A DNA stretch of 64,000 nucleotides from Nannocystis bainbridge (GCF_028368995.1 NZ_JAQNDL010000001.1:4096001-4160000); one strand, 5' to 3'. Shown: positions 27,839-37,571, numbered from the stretch's first letter. The notes: a model not told the origin generated them from the letters alone. Numbers and translations are program-made.

Positions 27839-29983
27839 ATGGCGCCCGTCGAGCTCACCCATCCGAGTCTCTACATCAATCGCGAGCTCAGCCAGCTCGA
27901 GTTCCACCGCCGCGTGCTCGAGCAGGCGATGGACCCGCGCGTCCCGCTGCTCGAGCGCCTGCGCTTCACCACGATCGTCAGCACCAACCTCGACGAGTTC
28001 TTCGAGGTCCGGGTCGCCAGCATCAAGGAGCAGGTCGGCTTCGGCCTGCCGCAGGTCGGCCCCGACGGCCGGACCCCGCAGGACGCCCTGCGCGCGCTCA
28101 AGGAGCAGGCGCAGAAGCTCGTGCGCGAGCAGTACATGTTCCTGCAGCAGCAACTGCTGCCCGCGCTCGCGGCCGAGGGCATCCGCCTGCTCAAGCTCTA
28201 CACCTGGACCCCGGAGCAGAGCGCCTGGCTCGAGGACTACTTCGACCGCGAGGTCTTGCCGGTGCTCACGCCGATCGGCCTCGACCCGTCGCACCCGTTC
28301 CCCAACATCCAGAACAAGAACCTCAACCTGATCGTCGCCCTCGCCGGCAGCGACGCGTTCGGCCGCGACAGCGGCACCGCGGTGGTGCAGATCCCCCGCA
28401 GCCTGCCGCGCCTGGTGTTCCTGCCGCCCGGCGTCGCCGACTGCCCGCACGGCTACGCCCTGCTCGGCTCGATCGTCACCACCTTCGTCCACAAGCTGTT
28501 CTCCGGCATGCAGGTCCGCGGCTGCTACCAGTTCCGCGTCACCCGCGACAGCGACCTGTGGGTCCAGGAGGAGGACGTCGAGGACCTGCTCAACGCGCTC
28601 AAGGGCGAGCTGCGGACCCGCAACTTCGGCGACGCCGTGCGCCTCGAGGTCAGCGACACCTGCCCGCCCGAGATGGCGGACTTCCTGCTCAGCAAGTTCG
28701 ACCTCCAGCCCGACGACCTGTACCGCGTCGACGGCCCGGTCAACCTCCACCGCCTGGCCGCGATCTACGACGTCATCAAGCGGCCCGAGCTCAAGTACCC
28801 GCCGTTCATCCCCGGGCCGCGGCGCACGCCCGGCGCCGAGGTCGACCTGTTCGCCGAGCTGCGGCGCGGCAACATCCTGCTGCACCACCCGTACGAGAGC
28901 TTCTCGCTGGTGCTCGAGCTGGTGCGCCAGGCCGCGCGCGACCCCAAGGTGCTGGCGATCAAGCAGACGCTCTACCGCACCGGCGCCGACTCGCCGATGG
29001 CCGAGGCGCTGCTCGAGGCGGCCCGCGCCGGCAAGGAGGTCACCGCCGTGGTCGAGCTGCGGGCCCGCTTCGACGAGGCCGCCAACATCGACCTCGCCAC
29101 CCGGCTGCAGCAGGCCGGCGTCACCGTGGTCTACGGCATCGTCGGCTACAAGACCCACGCCAAGGCGTTGCTGATCGTCCGCCGCGAGGACGGCCGCTAC
29201 CGCCGCTACGTCCACCTCGGCACCGGCAACTACCACAGCGTCACCGCCCAGTTTTACACCGACTTCAGCTTCCTCACCTGCGACGACGCGATCGGCGAGG
29301 ACGTGCACAACGTGTTCATGCAGCTCACCGGCCTGGGCAGCGTGCCGCGCATGAACAAGCTGCTCGTCTCGCCGTTCACCCTGATGGACCGGCTGATCGC
29401 CCTGATCGACCGCGAGGCCGACAACGCCCGCCAGGACAAGCCCGCGCGCATCATCGCCAAGCTCAACGCGCTCACCGAGGTCAAGGTCATCGAGGCCCTC
29501 TACCGCGCCTCGCAGGCCGGCGTGTCCATCGACCTGATCGTCCGCGGCGTCTGCTGCCTGCGCCCCGGCGTGCCCGGCGTGTCCGACAACATCCGCGTGC
29601 GCTCGATCGTCGGCCGCTTCCTCGAGCACCACCGCATCTACCACTTCCACAACGCCGGCGACGAGGTCACCTACGGGGCCAGCGCCGACTGGATGTCGCG
29701 CAACCTGCTGCGCCGCGTCGAGACCGCGTTCCCGATCGAGGACCCGGCCCTGCGCGCCCGCGTCGTCACCGAGGCCCTCACGACCTACCTGGCCGACAAC
29801 ACCCAGGCGTGGGAGCTGCAGGCCGACGGCAGCTACGTCCGCTGCTGCCCCACCCCCCCGACCGAAGAGGCCCGCCCGGCCCAGGAGACCCTGCTCCGCC
29901 TGCTGTCGGCCAACCAGGGCGCCGCCCAGGCCCAGCGCCAGATCCTCGAGGACCTGATGGTCCGCCAGGAAATGCTCGAATAG
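27839..29983 (+). CDS. ppk1: Polyphosphate kinase 1
   Basis: YINRELS.LEF, NLDEFFEVRV, LLHHPYESF, IKQTLYRT, ELRARFDEAANI, KTHAK, HLGTGNY, SADWMSRNL. Confidence 0.96.
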   Translation: MAPVELTHPSLYINRELSQLEFHRRVLEQAMDPRVPLLERLRFTTIVSTNLDEFFEVRVASIKEQVGFGLPQVGPDGRTPQDALRALKEQAQKLVREQYMFLQQQLLPALAAEGIRLLKLYTWTPEQSAWLEDYFDREVLPVLTPIGLDPSHPFPNIQNKNLNLIVALAGSDAFGRDSGTAVVQIPRSLPRLVFLPPGVADCPHGYALLGSIVTTFVHKLFSGMQVRGCYQFRVTRDSDLWVQEEDVEDLLNALKGELRTRNFGDAVRLEVSDTCPPEMADFLLSKFDLQPDDLYRVDGPVNLHRLAAIYDVIKRPELKYPPFIPGPRRTPGAEVDLFAELRRGNILLHHPYESFSLVLELVRQAARDPKVLAIKQTLYRTGADSPMAEALLEAARAGKEVTAVVELRARFDEAANIDLATRLQQAGVTVVYGIVGYKTHAKALLIVRREDGRYRRYVHLGTGNYHSVTAQFYTDFSFLTCDDAIGEDVHNVFMQLTGLGSVPRMNKLLVSPFTLMDRLIALIDREADNARQDKPARIIAKLNALTEVKVIEALYRASQAGVSIDLIVRGVCCLRPGVPGVSDNIRVRSIVGRFLEHHRIYHFHNAGDEVTYGASADWMSRNLLRRVETAFPIEDPALRARVVTEALTTYLADNTQAWELQADGSYVRCCPTPPTEEARPAQETLLRLLSANQGAAQAQRQILEDLMVRQEMLE

Positions 29984-30033
29984 GCATGTCCCTCAGGACA
30001 TGCCCCCGGGAGCATGTCCCTTGCGACATGCCC
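29982..30033. repeat. 14-bp-period CATG decamer array (4 units) between convergent genes
   Basis: AGGCATGTCC-ctca-GGACATGCCC-ccgg-GAGCATGTCC-cttg-CGACATGCCC; CATG at 29985, 29999, 30013, 30027. Confidence 0.92.
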
Positions 30034-30043
30034 TCGCTACACC

Positions 30044-30403
30044 CTACTCCGCCAGCGTGATGGCGTCGCGGTCGACCAGCACGTAGGTCTCGAACACCTG
30101 GCGGCTGTCCTCGAGATCAGGTTCGCGCGCCGCCTCGGGCGCCAGCCACAGCCCCGCGTTGCCGCCGTAGACCAGCCACGACACGCCGGCGCCGCTGTCT
30201 TCGACCGGGCAGGCCCAGGCCGGCGCGTCGGCGTCGAGGCTGCCGTCGGGCCGCCGCTGCAGCCCGCGCGCGCGCCGGGGCCCCGCGCCGTCGAGGTCGA
30301 CCGTGCGCACCCGCTGCAGCGGCCCCGACCGGCGGAAGGTCAGCTGGACCGGCTCGGTGAACGTCGCGTCGTCGACCTCCACGGTCAAGAAGCCGGAGCT
30401 CAT
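30044..30403 (-). CDS. Hypothetical protein
   Basis: MSSGFLTVEV... start coupled (ATGA) to the upstream gene. Confidence 0.65.
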   Translation of the reverse strand: MSSGFLTVEVDDATFTEPVQLTFRRSGPLQRVRTVDLDGAGPRRARGLQRRPDGSLDADAPAWACPVEDSGAGVSWLVYGGNAGLWLAPEAAREPDLEDSRQVFETYVLVDRDAITLAE

Positions 30404-30873
30404 GGGCCCGGTATCGCACGGACCCGGCCGCACGTCACCAGCAGCCGCGGCGTGTCGATCGGCGCCCACTGCTCGACCGCGAAGCACCCGCGCCCCAACC
30501 ACTCGCCCGCGCGCGCCTGCGAGGCCCGCCGGACCAGCTCGGCCCGCGCCGCCCACCGCGACGGCCGCCACAGCGGCACCACCGGCGGGTGCGCCAGCTC
30601 GACCAGCGCCCCGCCGTCCTGCACCGCCCGCAGCGCGTCCTCCGGCGGCTCGGCGCCGCCGAGCGCGACGACCACCACCAGCCCGTCGAGCCCGCTCGCC
30701 CCCGCCAGCTCGGTCCACCCCAGCCGCTGGCGCAGCGCCGTGGTGGTCGCCCGGGCCGCCCTGCCGCCGCGCCCGCGACCGGCATCCGGACCTGTCCACA
30801 AGGCCACCTTCTTGCCGCCCAGCGCAGCGAGCAACCACTCGGCCAGCCCCGGCCCGGGCAGCAGCAGGTCCAT
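30400..30873 (-). CDS. Hypothetical protein (possible degenerate methyltransferase-like fold)
   Basis: ORF from MDLLLPGPG; ALRAVQDGGALVEL resembles an MTase post-motif; translationally coupled to the next gene. Confidence 0.5.
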   Translation of the reverse strand: MDLLLPGPGLAEWLLAALGGKKVALWTGPDAGRGRGGRAARATTTALRQRLGWTELAGASGLDGLVVVVALGGAEPPEDALRAVQDGGALVELAHPPVVPLWRPSRWAARAELVRRASQARAGEWLGRGCFAVEQWAPIDTPRLLVTCGRVRAIPGP

Positions 30874-30997
30874 GACCCGGGCGGTGTACCACGCCGCGCG
30901 AGCGCCGGCCCACGCCGCCGCGGCTGCGTCGCTCGCAAGCACGCCCCTCGCGCGAGCGCGCCCGAGCACGGGCACGATCACCCGAATCCCTGCCGCC

Positions 30998-31046
30998 CCG
31001 AGAATCACTCCGCTGCCCCGAGAATCACTCCGCTCCGAGAATCACT
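30998..31046. repeat. Direct repeats CCGAGAATCACT(CCGCT) x3 in a divergent intergenic region
   Basis: Copies at 30998, 31018 and 31035. Confidence 0.85.
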
Positions 31047-31129
31047 GCCACTCGGACAAACCTGCCCTCGCGACCTCGCATCCCCGTGACCCCGACCTCC
31101 CCTCGCGCTCCGCTGCTACAGTCCTCGCC

Positions 31130-32992
31130 GTGCTCGTCCTCGGCGATCTGCCTGGCCCTGACGCGGCGCCCAAGTCGGCCGTCCTCTCGCGCCTGCTTCA
31201 CGCCGGCCTCCCGGTCCCGCCCGGCCTCGCCGTCGCGCCCGAAGAGCTCGCCGACCCCGACATCCGCCGCCGCCTCCACGCCCTGCTGAGCGGCGGCCCC
31301 GTCATCGTGCGCGCCGCGCTCGCCAGCGAGGACACCGCCGACGCCGCCGCCGCGGGGCTCGGCCTCTCGGTGCCCGACTGCCGCGACCTGGGCGACATCG
31401 ACCGCGCCGCCGCTGCCATCGCCGACGCCGCCCACGACCCCTGGCTGCTGCGCTACAGCGGCGACGTGCCCGCTTACCAGCTGCTCGTCCAGCGCCAGGT
31501 CGAGCGCCGCTGGCTCGCCGTCGCGGCCGCCGATCGCGGCGGCGCCCGCACGCTCGAGCTGCACGACGCCACCCGCCCCGACGCCCTCGCCGCCGGCGCC
31601 AGCCCGACCTGGTCCGGCCCGCTCGCGCTCGCCGAACCCGCGCTCGCCGCTGCCATCACGAGTATCTTCGACCATGTCGCATCGGCCATGTCCGAAGTGC
31701 CAGCCCTCGACCTCGAGCTCGTCGTCGACCCGACCGGCGCCGTGTGGCTGGTCCAGGCCCGCCCGCTCGCGCGCCCGCTCGTGCCCGGGTGGCCGGAGTT
31801 CTGCGCCGCCGTCGCCCCCGACCAGGACCACATCCCCGGCCTGCCCGGCCTGTGGCGGCTGGACGGCGAGCACAACCCGGCCGCGCTCTCGCCCGCGCAC
31901 GCCGGCGTGATCGCCTGGCTCATCGGCCAGGGATCCAGCCTGCGCGTCCTCGGCGGCTGGCTTTACGAGCGCGCCGCGTCCTCCGGCCGCACCGCCGCCA
32001 TCGACCCCCACCACGCGCTCGCCGAGCTGCGCCAGCGTCATCTCCCGGGCGCCCGTCGGGCCCTCGAGGGCTTCGTCGCCGGGCTCGCCGGAGATCTGCG
32101 CCCGCTGCTCGCCCGCGCGCTCGAGCACCTGCGTGCCATCCTCGTCGTTCACGGCGAAGTCCGCGTCGAGCTCCCGCGCGACCTCCCGCCCCCCGACCCG
32201 CAGGCCCTGCTGTCGCTCGACGGTCGCGGCGACTACCTCGACGTCCTGCCCGCTGCCTGGGACATCGCCAGCCCGGCGCTCGCCGACCTGTTCGATCGGT
32301 CATGTCTCGAGGGACATCCTGACGGGGCGTCGATCGAGCAGGCGACCTCGTCCTCCGCCGTCCGCGAGATCGTCCCCGCCGACCCGCAGCGAGCCGCGGT
32401 CCTGGTGCGCGAGCTCGACGATCACCTGTTCGCGCTCGGCCTGGCCCCGCTGCGGCGGATCTACCTCGCTGCGGGCGAACGCCTCGGGCTCGGCGCCGAC
32501 GTCTTCCTGCTCGCCCCCGACGAGCTGGACCACGCGCTCGCCGGCCGCGACCTGCCTGATCTCGCCGCACGCCGGCACCAGCAGCAGTACTTCGTCGCGC
32601 TGCGACCACCCCCGGCGCTTTACGACGGCCGGCCCGTGCCGCTCTCGCCGCGACGGCGGTGGAGCGGGATCGCCGTCGGCCCGCCGGTGCGCGGCCGCGT
32701 CGCCCTTCGCAGCGACCTCGCCGACCTGCTCGCCCGCCCGCCCGAGCCCGACGCCGTCGTCGTCTTGCCGGCGCTCACCGCTCAGGCCGCGGTCGCCTTG
32801 CGAGCGCTCGGCGTGCGCGCCGTCTGCTGCGAGTACGGCGGCGCGCTCAGCCACGCCGCCTTGATGGCCCGCGAGCTCGGCCTGTCGGCGCTGATCGGCT
32901 GCGCCGGCTGCAGCGAGCTCGCCGATGGCAGCACCGTCGAGCTCGACACCCGCGCCGGTCGCCTCCGCCTTGCCCCCAAGGACATGTCCTGA
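31130..32992 (+). CDS. PEP-utilising enzyme family protein (degenerate ATP-grasp + His swivel domain; rifampin-phosphotransferase-like layout)
   Basis: GLPVPPG, VIVRAALASED..AAG, LVQARP, C-terminal EYGGALSHAALMARELG. The GTG start is preceded by TGCTACAGT. Confidence 0.75.
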   Translation: MLVLGDLPGPDAAPKSAVLSRLLHAGLPVPPGLAVAPEELADPDIRRRLHALLSGGPVIVRAALASEDTADAAAAGLGLSVPDCRDLGDIDRAAAAIADAAHDPWLLRYSGDVPAYQLLVQRQVERRWLAVAAADRGGARTLELHDATRPDALAAGASPTWSGPLALAEPALAAAITSIFDHVASAMSEVPALDLELVVDPTGAVWLVQARPLARPLVPGWPEFCAAVAPDQDHIPGLPGLWRLDGEHNPAALSPAHAGVIAWLIGQGSSLRVLGGWLYERAASSGRTAAIDPHHALAELRQRHLPGARRALEGFVAGLAGDLRPLLARALEHLRAILVVHGEVRVELPRDLPPPDPQALLSLDGRGDYLDVLPAAWDIASPALADLFDRSCLEGHPDGASIEQATSSSAVREIVPADPQRAAVLVRELDDHLFALGLAPLRRIYLAAGERLGLGADVFLLAPDELDHALAGRDLPDLAARRHQQQYFVALRPPPALYDGRPVPLSPRRRWSGIAVGPPVRGRVALRSDLADLLARPPEPDAVVVLPALTAQAAVALRALGVRAVCCEYGGALSHAALMARELGLSALIGCAGCSELADGSTVELDTRAGRLRLAPKDMS

Positions 32993-33003
32993 AGGACAGA
33001 TCG
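32966..33003. repeat. 14-bp-period decamer array overlapping the stop codon at a convergent junction
   Basis: Cores CTTG 32969, CATG 32983 (GGACATGTCC), CAGA 32997. Confidence 0.7.
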
Positions 33004-33036
33004 TTTTCGATCGCCCGGGCCGCGGCGCGGCCTACG

Positions 33037-33462
33037 CTAGATCTCGTCTTCCGAGAGGTGCTCTTCGCGGAGCTTCGGCGCCGGCCGCGGCTTCGCGGCG
33101 GCGGGCGACGCGGCGACCGGCTTGGGCGCGGCGGCCTTGCGCTCCGGCACCTCTATGTCGTCCGGGTCCTCGATCAGCGGCGCCGTCGAGAGGTTGACGC
33201 GGGCGCGCAGCTCCTTGCCGACCTTGAAGAATGGCAGGCGCTTCGGCTTCACGTGCACGGACCCGCCGGTGCGCGGGTTTCGGCCCTCGTAGGACTTGTA
33301 CTGCCGCACCGTGAAGCTGCCGAAGCCGCGGATCTCGATGCCCTCGCCGCGGACCATCGCTTCCGTCATGGCCCCGAAGATCGTCCCGACGACCAACTCG
33401 GCCTTGCCCTTGGTCAGCTTCGCAGCTTCGGACACGCGCTCGATGAGTTCGGATTTGGTCAC
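33037..33462 (-). CDS. ihfB: Integration host factor beta / HU family protein with C-terminal extension
   Basis: MTKSELIE, IEIRGFGSF, GRNPRTG, PFFKVGKELR. Confidence 0.9.
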   Translation of the reverse strand: MTKSELIERVSEAAKLTKGKAELVVGTIFGAMTEAMVRGEGIEIRGFGSFTVRQYKSYEGRNPRTGGSVHVKPKRLPFFKVGKELRARVNLSTAPLIEDPDDIEVPERKAAAPKPVAASPAAAKPRPAPKLREEHLSEDEI

Positions 33463-33547
33463 GTCGCTGATCTCCGACCGCCGGGGACGATGATGGTAGG
33501 CGGAAAAAACGAGAGATCTCAAGCAGTAAGACGGACCCCTGAGACCG

Positions 33548-34156
33548 CTAGGGCACTGGCGGTGGATCGCCTGTTCGGGCGTCCCACGGACCCTCACGTC
33601 CGAACAACTCCAGGTTGAGCGCCGACAGCCCGAGACTCGCCTGTGCGGCCAGCCACGCGTACGCCATGCGCACCCGGGCCTGCGGACCGCCGACCCGGAC
33701 CAATAGCGCGAGATCCGCGGGCCAGCGATCTGCCGCCGGCGTGCCCTTGACGAACGCCAGCAGCCCTGCTGGCCCGTCCTTGCCCGCCGTCGCCCGGCGC
33801 CACGCCAGCAGGTCGCCCAGCAGCGGATGCAGGTCGGCCCACAGCGCCACCGGAGCCGCCCCGGCCTCGCGCCAGCGCGCGCGCGGCTGTTCCTCCGCCG
33901 CCGCGCCCGCGGCCGCTTGCTCCTTGCGCAGCTGACAGCGAGCCGGGCCGGCCAGCTGCGACTCGCGGAGCGACCCGGGCCACCGCTCGGCTGCCGCACG
34001 GATGGCCGCGGCCTGGGCCGGTCCGCCGGGCAGCGCCTCGAGGGCGGCCAGGGCCGCGTACTTGGCGGCCATCGCCGCACACGTCGCCCGGTCGAGGGGC
34101 CGGTCCCAGTAGCGGGCCCGCCAGCACGAGAGCGCGCCCGTCGACGGATCGGTCAC
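33548..34156 (-). CDS. Hypothetical protein
   Basis: 202-aa ORF; TACACT box 6 nt before the GTG. Confidence 0.6.
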   Translation of the reverse strand: MTDPSTGALSCWRARYWDRPLDRATCAAMAAKYAALAALEALPGGPAQAAAIRAAAERWPGSLRESQLAGPARCQLRKEQAAAGAAAEEQPRARWREAGAAPVALWADLHPLLGDLLAWRRATAGKDGPAGLLAFVKGTPAADRWPADLALLVRVGGPQARVRMAYAWLAAQASLGLSALNLELFGREGPWDARTGDPPPVP

Positions 34157-34246
34157 ACCACCAGTGTAACCCTGCTATGGTGAGGCCGAGCGCCCGGAAA
34201 TTTCCGCGGAAAGGTTGTCGGATCGGTGACACGCAACGCCCGCCCC

Positions 34247-34873
34247 ATGGATCAGGCCCTGCCGATCACCGATCTGTTCGCCACCGACGCGACCACCGAA
34301 GCCGCCGCTCCGAACGACGAGCGCGCCGCCGGCTACCTCACCACCGAGGAGCAGCTCGTCCTCGCGGGCGCGCGCGCCGGCAACCCGCGGGCGCTGCGAC
34401 AGTTCTACGAGGCGCATCAGTCGCAGGTCCGCGGCCACCTCTATCGCCTGCTCGGGCCCGACAGCGAGATCGACGACATCGTCCAGACCGTGTTCGCCCG
34501 GGCCTTCGCGGCGCTCGCCACCTTCAAGGGCAACTCGGCCCTCAGCACGTGGCTGTACCGGATCACCACCAACACCACGCACAACCTGCTGCGCCAGCGC
34601 TTCCGTCGCAACCGCGTCAAGTCGGCCTTCCAGTGGTGGACCGACGGGCGTGACGCCCACCTGCAGACCGGCCGCGTCGACGTGCGCGGCGAGGCCGAGC
34701 GGCTGCTGCAGCGGCTCGCGCCGGACCTGCGCGAGGTCTTCGTCTTCTATCACTACGAAGGCCTGACCCTGCAGGAGATCTCCCAGATCCTCGACAAGCC
34801 GGTCTCGACGGTCGGCGACCGGCTCACGCGCGCCCGCAAGCGCCTACACGACCTCGTCCACGGCGACGCATGA
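34247..34873 (+). CDS. ECF RNA polymerase sigma factor
   Basis: Region 2 DDIVQTVFARAF..FKGNSALSTWLYRIT; region 4 EGLTLQEISQIL..STV..RLTRARKRL. Confidence 0.92.
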   Translation: MDQALPITDLFATDATTEAAAPNDERAAGYLTTEEQLVLAGARAGNPRALRQFYEAHQSQVRGHLYRLLGPDSEIDDIVQTVFARAFAALATFKGNSALSTWLYRITTNTTHNLLRQRFRRNRVKSAFQWWTDGRDAHLQTGRVDVRGEAERLLQRLAPDLREVFVFYHYEGLTLQEISQILDKPVSTVGDRLTRARKRLHDLVHGDA

Positions 34874-36474
34874 ACCCCGCCCTCCACGACGACTCTGCTC
34901 CGCGCTACGGCTGCCTCGAGTGCCGCGAGGACGCCGAGCTCGTCGTGGGCGATCGCCTGCACGCCGAGGGTCTCGCCCGCTACCACGCCCACCTGCGCGG
35001 CTGCGAAGGCTGTCGTCGCGCCCATCAATTGCTCTCTGCCGTCTACCGCGGCCCCGACCCGGGCAGCTCGGGCCACGGCATCGTCGCCCGCGATCGCGAG
35101 TTCACCGCGATCCTCCGCAAGGTCCGCGCCGCGGCACCTGTCTCTTGGTACAGGCAGAACGTCAGCCTCGTCGGCGTCGCCGCCCTCGCCGCGGCGCTCG
35201 CCTGGGTGGTCGTCCGCCCTGAAGGCGGCCCCGCCTCGCAGGTCGCCTCCCGCGACCTCCCCGACCTGCTCGCCCGCCAGCCCACGGGTCCCGCCGCCCA
35301 GTCCGAGCCCGCGCGCGCCGCCGGCCTCGATCACCACGCCCAGGCCGACTACGGCCGCGTCGTCGCCGGCAACAGCTTCGTCGCCGAGGGCGAGCGCCCC
35401 GTCGCCACCGACACCTTCCCGGTCGGCACCCGCTTCGAGGTGTTCCCGGGCAGCAGCATGCAGATCGGCCTGGTCGGGAAGATCCTCGCCAACTTCGGCA
35501 GCGGCTCCGAGATCCACTGGACGCGCGCCGACCCTGGCCTCGTCGAGCTCGACCTGCGGCGCGGCATGATCGCCGTCCGCTACGAGCGACTGCCCGCCGA
35601 CCCGATCCTCAAGATCCGCACGCCCTCCGCGATCGTCCGCGTCGTCGGCACCGTCTTCACCGTCGAGGTCGACGACGACGGCGACACCGCCGTGGCCGTG
35701 CTGCGCGGCGAGGTCGAGGTCCTCGACCTCAAGAGCGAGGACCTGCTCGCCGAGGTCAGCGCCGGCTATCGCTTCGACGTCGCCCGCTCGACCTACGCCG
35801 ACGTCGGTCGCCCCGAGGTCGGCCTCGCCATGCCGCTGTCCGACGGCGACGGCGACGGTCAGTTCGTGTTCGCCGACGGCACCATCCCGCCCAGCTGGGT
35901 CGTGCCCGGCCTGCCCGACGTGCCCGGCCTCCGTCGCCTCGAGCACATCGTCGTCCGCACCGCCGACGCCCGCCCGCGCCTCGAGCGTCCGCACGCCGCC
36001 TCGCACAAGCGCGGCCGCGAGGCCCGCGGCGACGACGGCCAGGCCCTCATCGACAAGCTCGTGCGCGAGACCCGGGCCTCGCGCCGCGAGCAGCTCATGG
36101 CCTCGCTCGCCCACTGCCAGGGCCTCTACGAGTCGGCCGAGACCCGCTACCTCTCGGCCCGCTGCCTCACCCAATTCATGAGCGAGCACGGCGACGACGA
36201 CATCGCCGAGGGCCACCTCCTGATCGGCATCCTGCGCATGGACTTCGCCAACGACTACCCTGCCGCCAAGCAGGCGTTCGAGAAGTTCCTCGCCCGCGCC
36301 CCCGACCACGCCGACGTCGAGCTCGCGCGCTACCGGCTGTGGCTCGCCAGCACCGAGAACGGCGACATCCACGAGGCCATCGAGCACGGCCGCGATTACT
36401 TGCGGCGTCACCCCGACGGCAAGTACGCCGGCAAGATCCTCCAGCGCTTCCCTCAGCTCGTCTCCGAGCTGTAG
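34870..36474 (+). CDS. Anti-sigma factor (zf-HC2, TM, FecR-like domain, C-terminal TPR)
   Basis: HLRGCEGC (HxxxCxxC), one TM helix, IRTPSAIVRVVGTVFTV..VAVLRGEVEV, YLRRHPDGKY. ATGA coupling to the sigma gene. Confidence 0.85.
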   Translation: MNPALHDDSAPRYGCLECREDAELVVGDRLHAEGLARYHAHLRGCEGCRRAHQLLSAVYRGPDPGSSGHGIVARDREFTAILRKVRAAAPVSWYRQNVSLVGVAALAAALAWVVVRPEGGPASQVASRDLPDLLARQPTGPAAQSEPARAAGLDHHAQADYGRVVAGNSFVAEGERPVATDTFPVGTRFEVFPGSSMQIGLVGKILANFGSGSEIHWTRADPGLVELDLRRGMIAVRYERLPADPILKIRTPSAIVRVVGTVFTVEVDDDGDTAVAVLRGEVEVLDLKSEDLLAEVSAGYRFDVARSTYADVGRPEVGLAMPLSDGDGDGQFVFADGTIPPSWVVPGLPDVPGLRRLEHIVVRTADARPRLERPHAASHKRGREARGDDGQALIDKLVRETRASRREQLMASLAHCQGLYESAETRYLSARCLTQFMSEHGDDDIAEGHLLIGILRMDFANDYPAAKQAFEKFLARAPDHADVELARYRLWLASTENGDIHEAIEHGRDYLRRHPDGKYAGKILQRFPQLVSEL

Positions 36475-36654
36475 CGCCGAGGTCCGCACGCGCCTCGCGG
36501 CGCCGATGAACGTGCCAACGGCGTTCGCCGGAGGCCCGTCCGCGGCCGATCGCCGCGCCACGCCTCGACCGGCGCTCGCCACGTCGCCGTGCTACACCGC
36601 GACGTGCGGCTCCAGGGCCGCGGGACGACCTCTGCTCTCGAAAAGGAGTCAACG

Positions 36655-36894
36655 ATGCCGAAGCGCATCCGCGTAGAAAATATGACAGTGACGACCACGC
36701 CGGCGCAGGTGCTCGCCGGCTTCGACAACTTCGGATCGATCACCCGCTGCCAGCTCGAGTTCGACGACGAGGGCGCCTCGACCGGCGTCGCCCACGTCGA
36801 GTTCGCGAGCACCCAGGCCGGCGCCGCCGCGATCGCCTCGATGAACGAAAAGCCGTTCAACGGCGCGACCATCCGCGTCCGCGAAGACGCTTGA
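36655..36894 (+). CDS. RRM-domain RNA-binding protein
   Basis: AAGGAG RBS; RNP2-like IRVENM, RNP1-like STGVAHVEF, AIASMN...NGATIRV. Confidence 0.8.
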   Translation: MPKRIRVENMTVTTTPAQVLAGFDNFGSITRCQLEFDDEGASTGVAHVEFASTQAGAAAIASMNEKPFNGATIRVREDA

Positions 36895-36906
36895 ACCGGG
36901 CGACGC

Positions 36907-36935
36907 TTGTCGCCACGACGGGAGCTCGCTAGCCT
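36907..36935 (+). promoter_or_regulatory. Sigma70-like promoter, leaderless
   Basis: TTGTCG-N17-TAGCCT-N6-GTG(36942). Confidence 0.55.
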
Positions 36936-36941
36936 GCCCGC

Positions 36942-37487
36942 GTGCAGCTCGTCGACCTCACGTTTGACCGACCGGACCTGCTCGAACAGGCAGCCGAGCT
37001 GCTCCACGCGCGGATGCCCGAGGGCTGGCCGGACCTCGACGCCGCGCGCGACGAGGTCGACGCGGCGCTGGACCCGGCCCGGATCGCGCGGGCCGTGGTC
37101 GCCGGCGACGAGCTCCTGGGGTGGGCCGCGGTCAACGAGCGCTACACGGATCACGTGTGGGAGATCCACCCGCTCGTGGTCCGGGTCGACCGCGAGCGCA
37201 GCGGCGTCGGTCGCATGCTCGTCCGTGACCTGGAGGATCACGTGCGCGCCATGGGCATCCATACGATGTTCGTCGGCTCCGACGACGAGCTCGGGCTGAC
37301 TTCGCTCGCCGGCGTCGACCTCTACCCCGACGTCATCGGCCACCTCGCGCGCCTCCAGGACCTGCGCGGCCACCCGCTCGGGTTCTATCGAAAACTCGGT
37401 TATTCGGTGATCGGCGTCATGCCCGACGCCAACGGCTTCGGCCAGCACGACATCTGGCTCGCCCGTCGGCTGATCCCCCCAGCCTGA
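36942..37487 (+). CDS. GNAT acetyltransferase, aminoglycoside 6'-N-acetyltransferase AAC(6')-Ia/Ii-like
   Basis: WEIHPLVV...RSGVGRMLV, GSDDE..TSL, HPLGFYRKLGY.VIGVMPDANG..DIW. Confidence 0.85.
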   Translation: MQLVDLTFDRPDLLEQAAELLHARMPEGWPDLDAARDEVDAALDPARIARAVVAGDELLGWAAVNERYTDHVWEIHPLVVRVDRERSGVGRMLVRDLEDHVRAMGIHTMFVGSDDELGLTSLAGVDLYPDVIGHLARLQDLRGHPLGFYRKLGYSVIGVMPDANGFGQHDIWLARRLIPPA

Positions 37488-37536
37488 CATCGAAGTCATG
37501 GCGACCACGCACGTGATCTGCGATCGCGAGAATTGG

Positions 37537-37564
37537 TTGACGCCTTCGCAAGTCCATCTACCCT
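37537..37564 (+). promoter_or_regulatory. Sigma70-like promoter, leaderless
   Basis: TTGACG-N16-TACCCT-N7-ATG(37572). Confidence 0.5.
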
Positions 37565-37571
37565 CGGTGTC

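Noticed and set aside
29982-30033. CATG arrays read as mini-CRISPR arrays
   Set aside because: Units are 10 bp with 4-nt spacers, far below CRISPR dimensions, and no cas genes are present.
30014-31129. N-terminal 370 aa of the 992-aa ORF
   Set aside because: Antisense to two minus-strand genes and runs through intergenic repeats. The real start is more likely the GTG at 31130.
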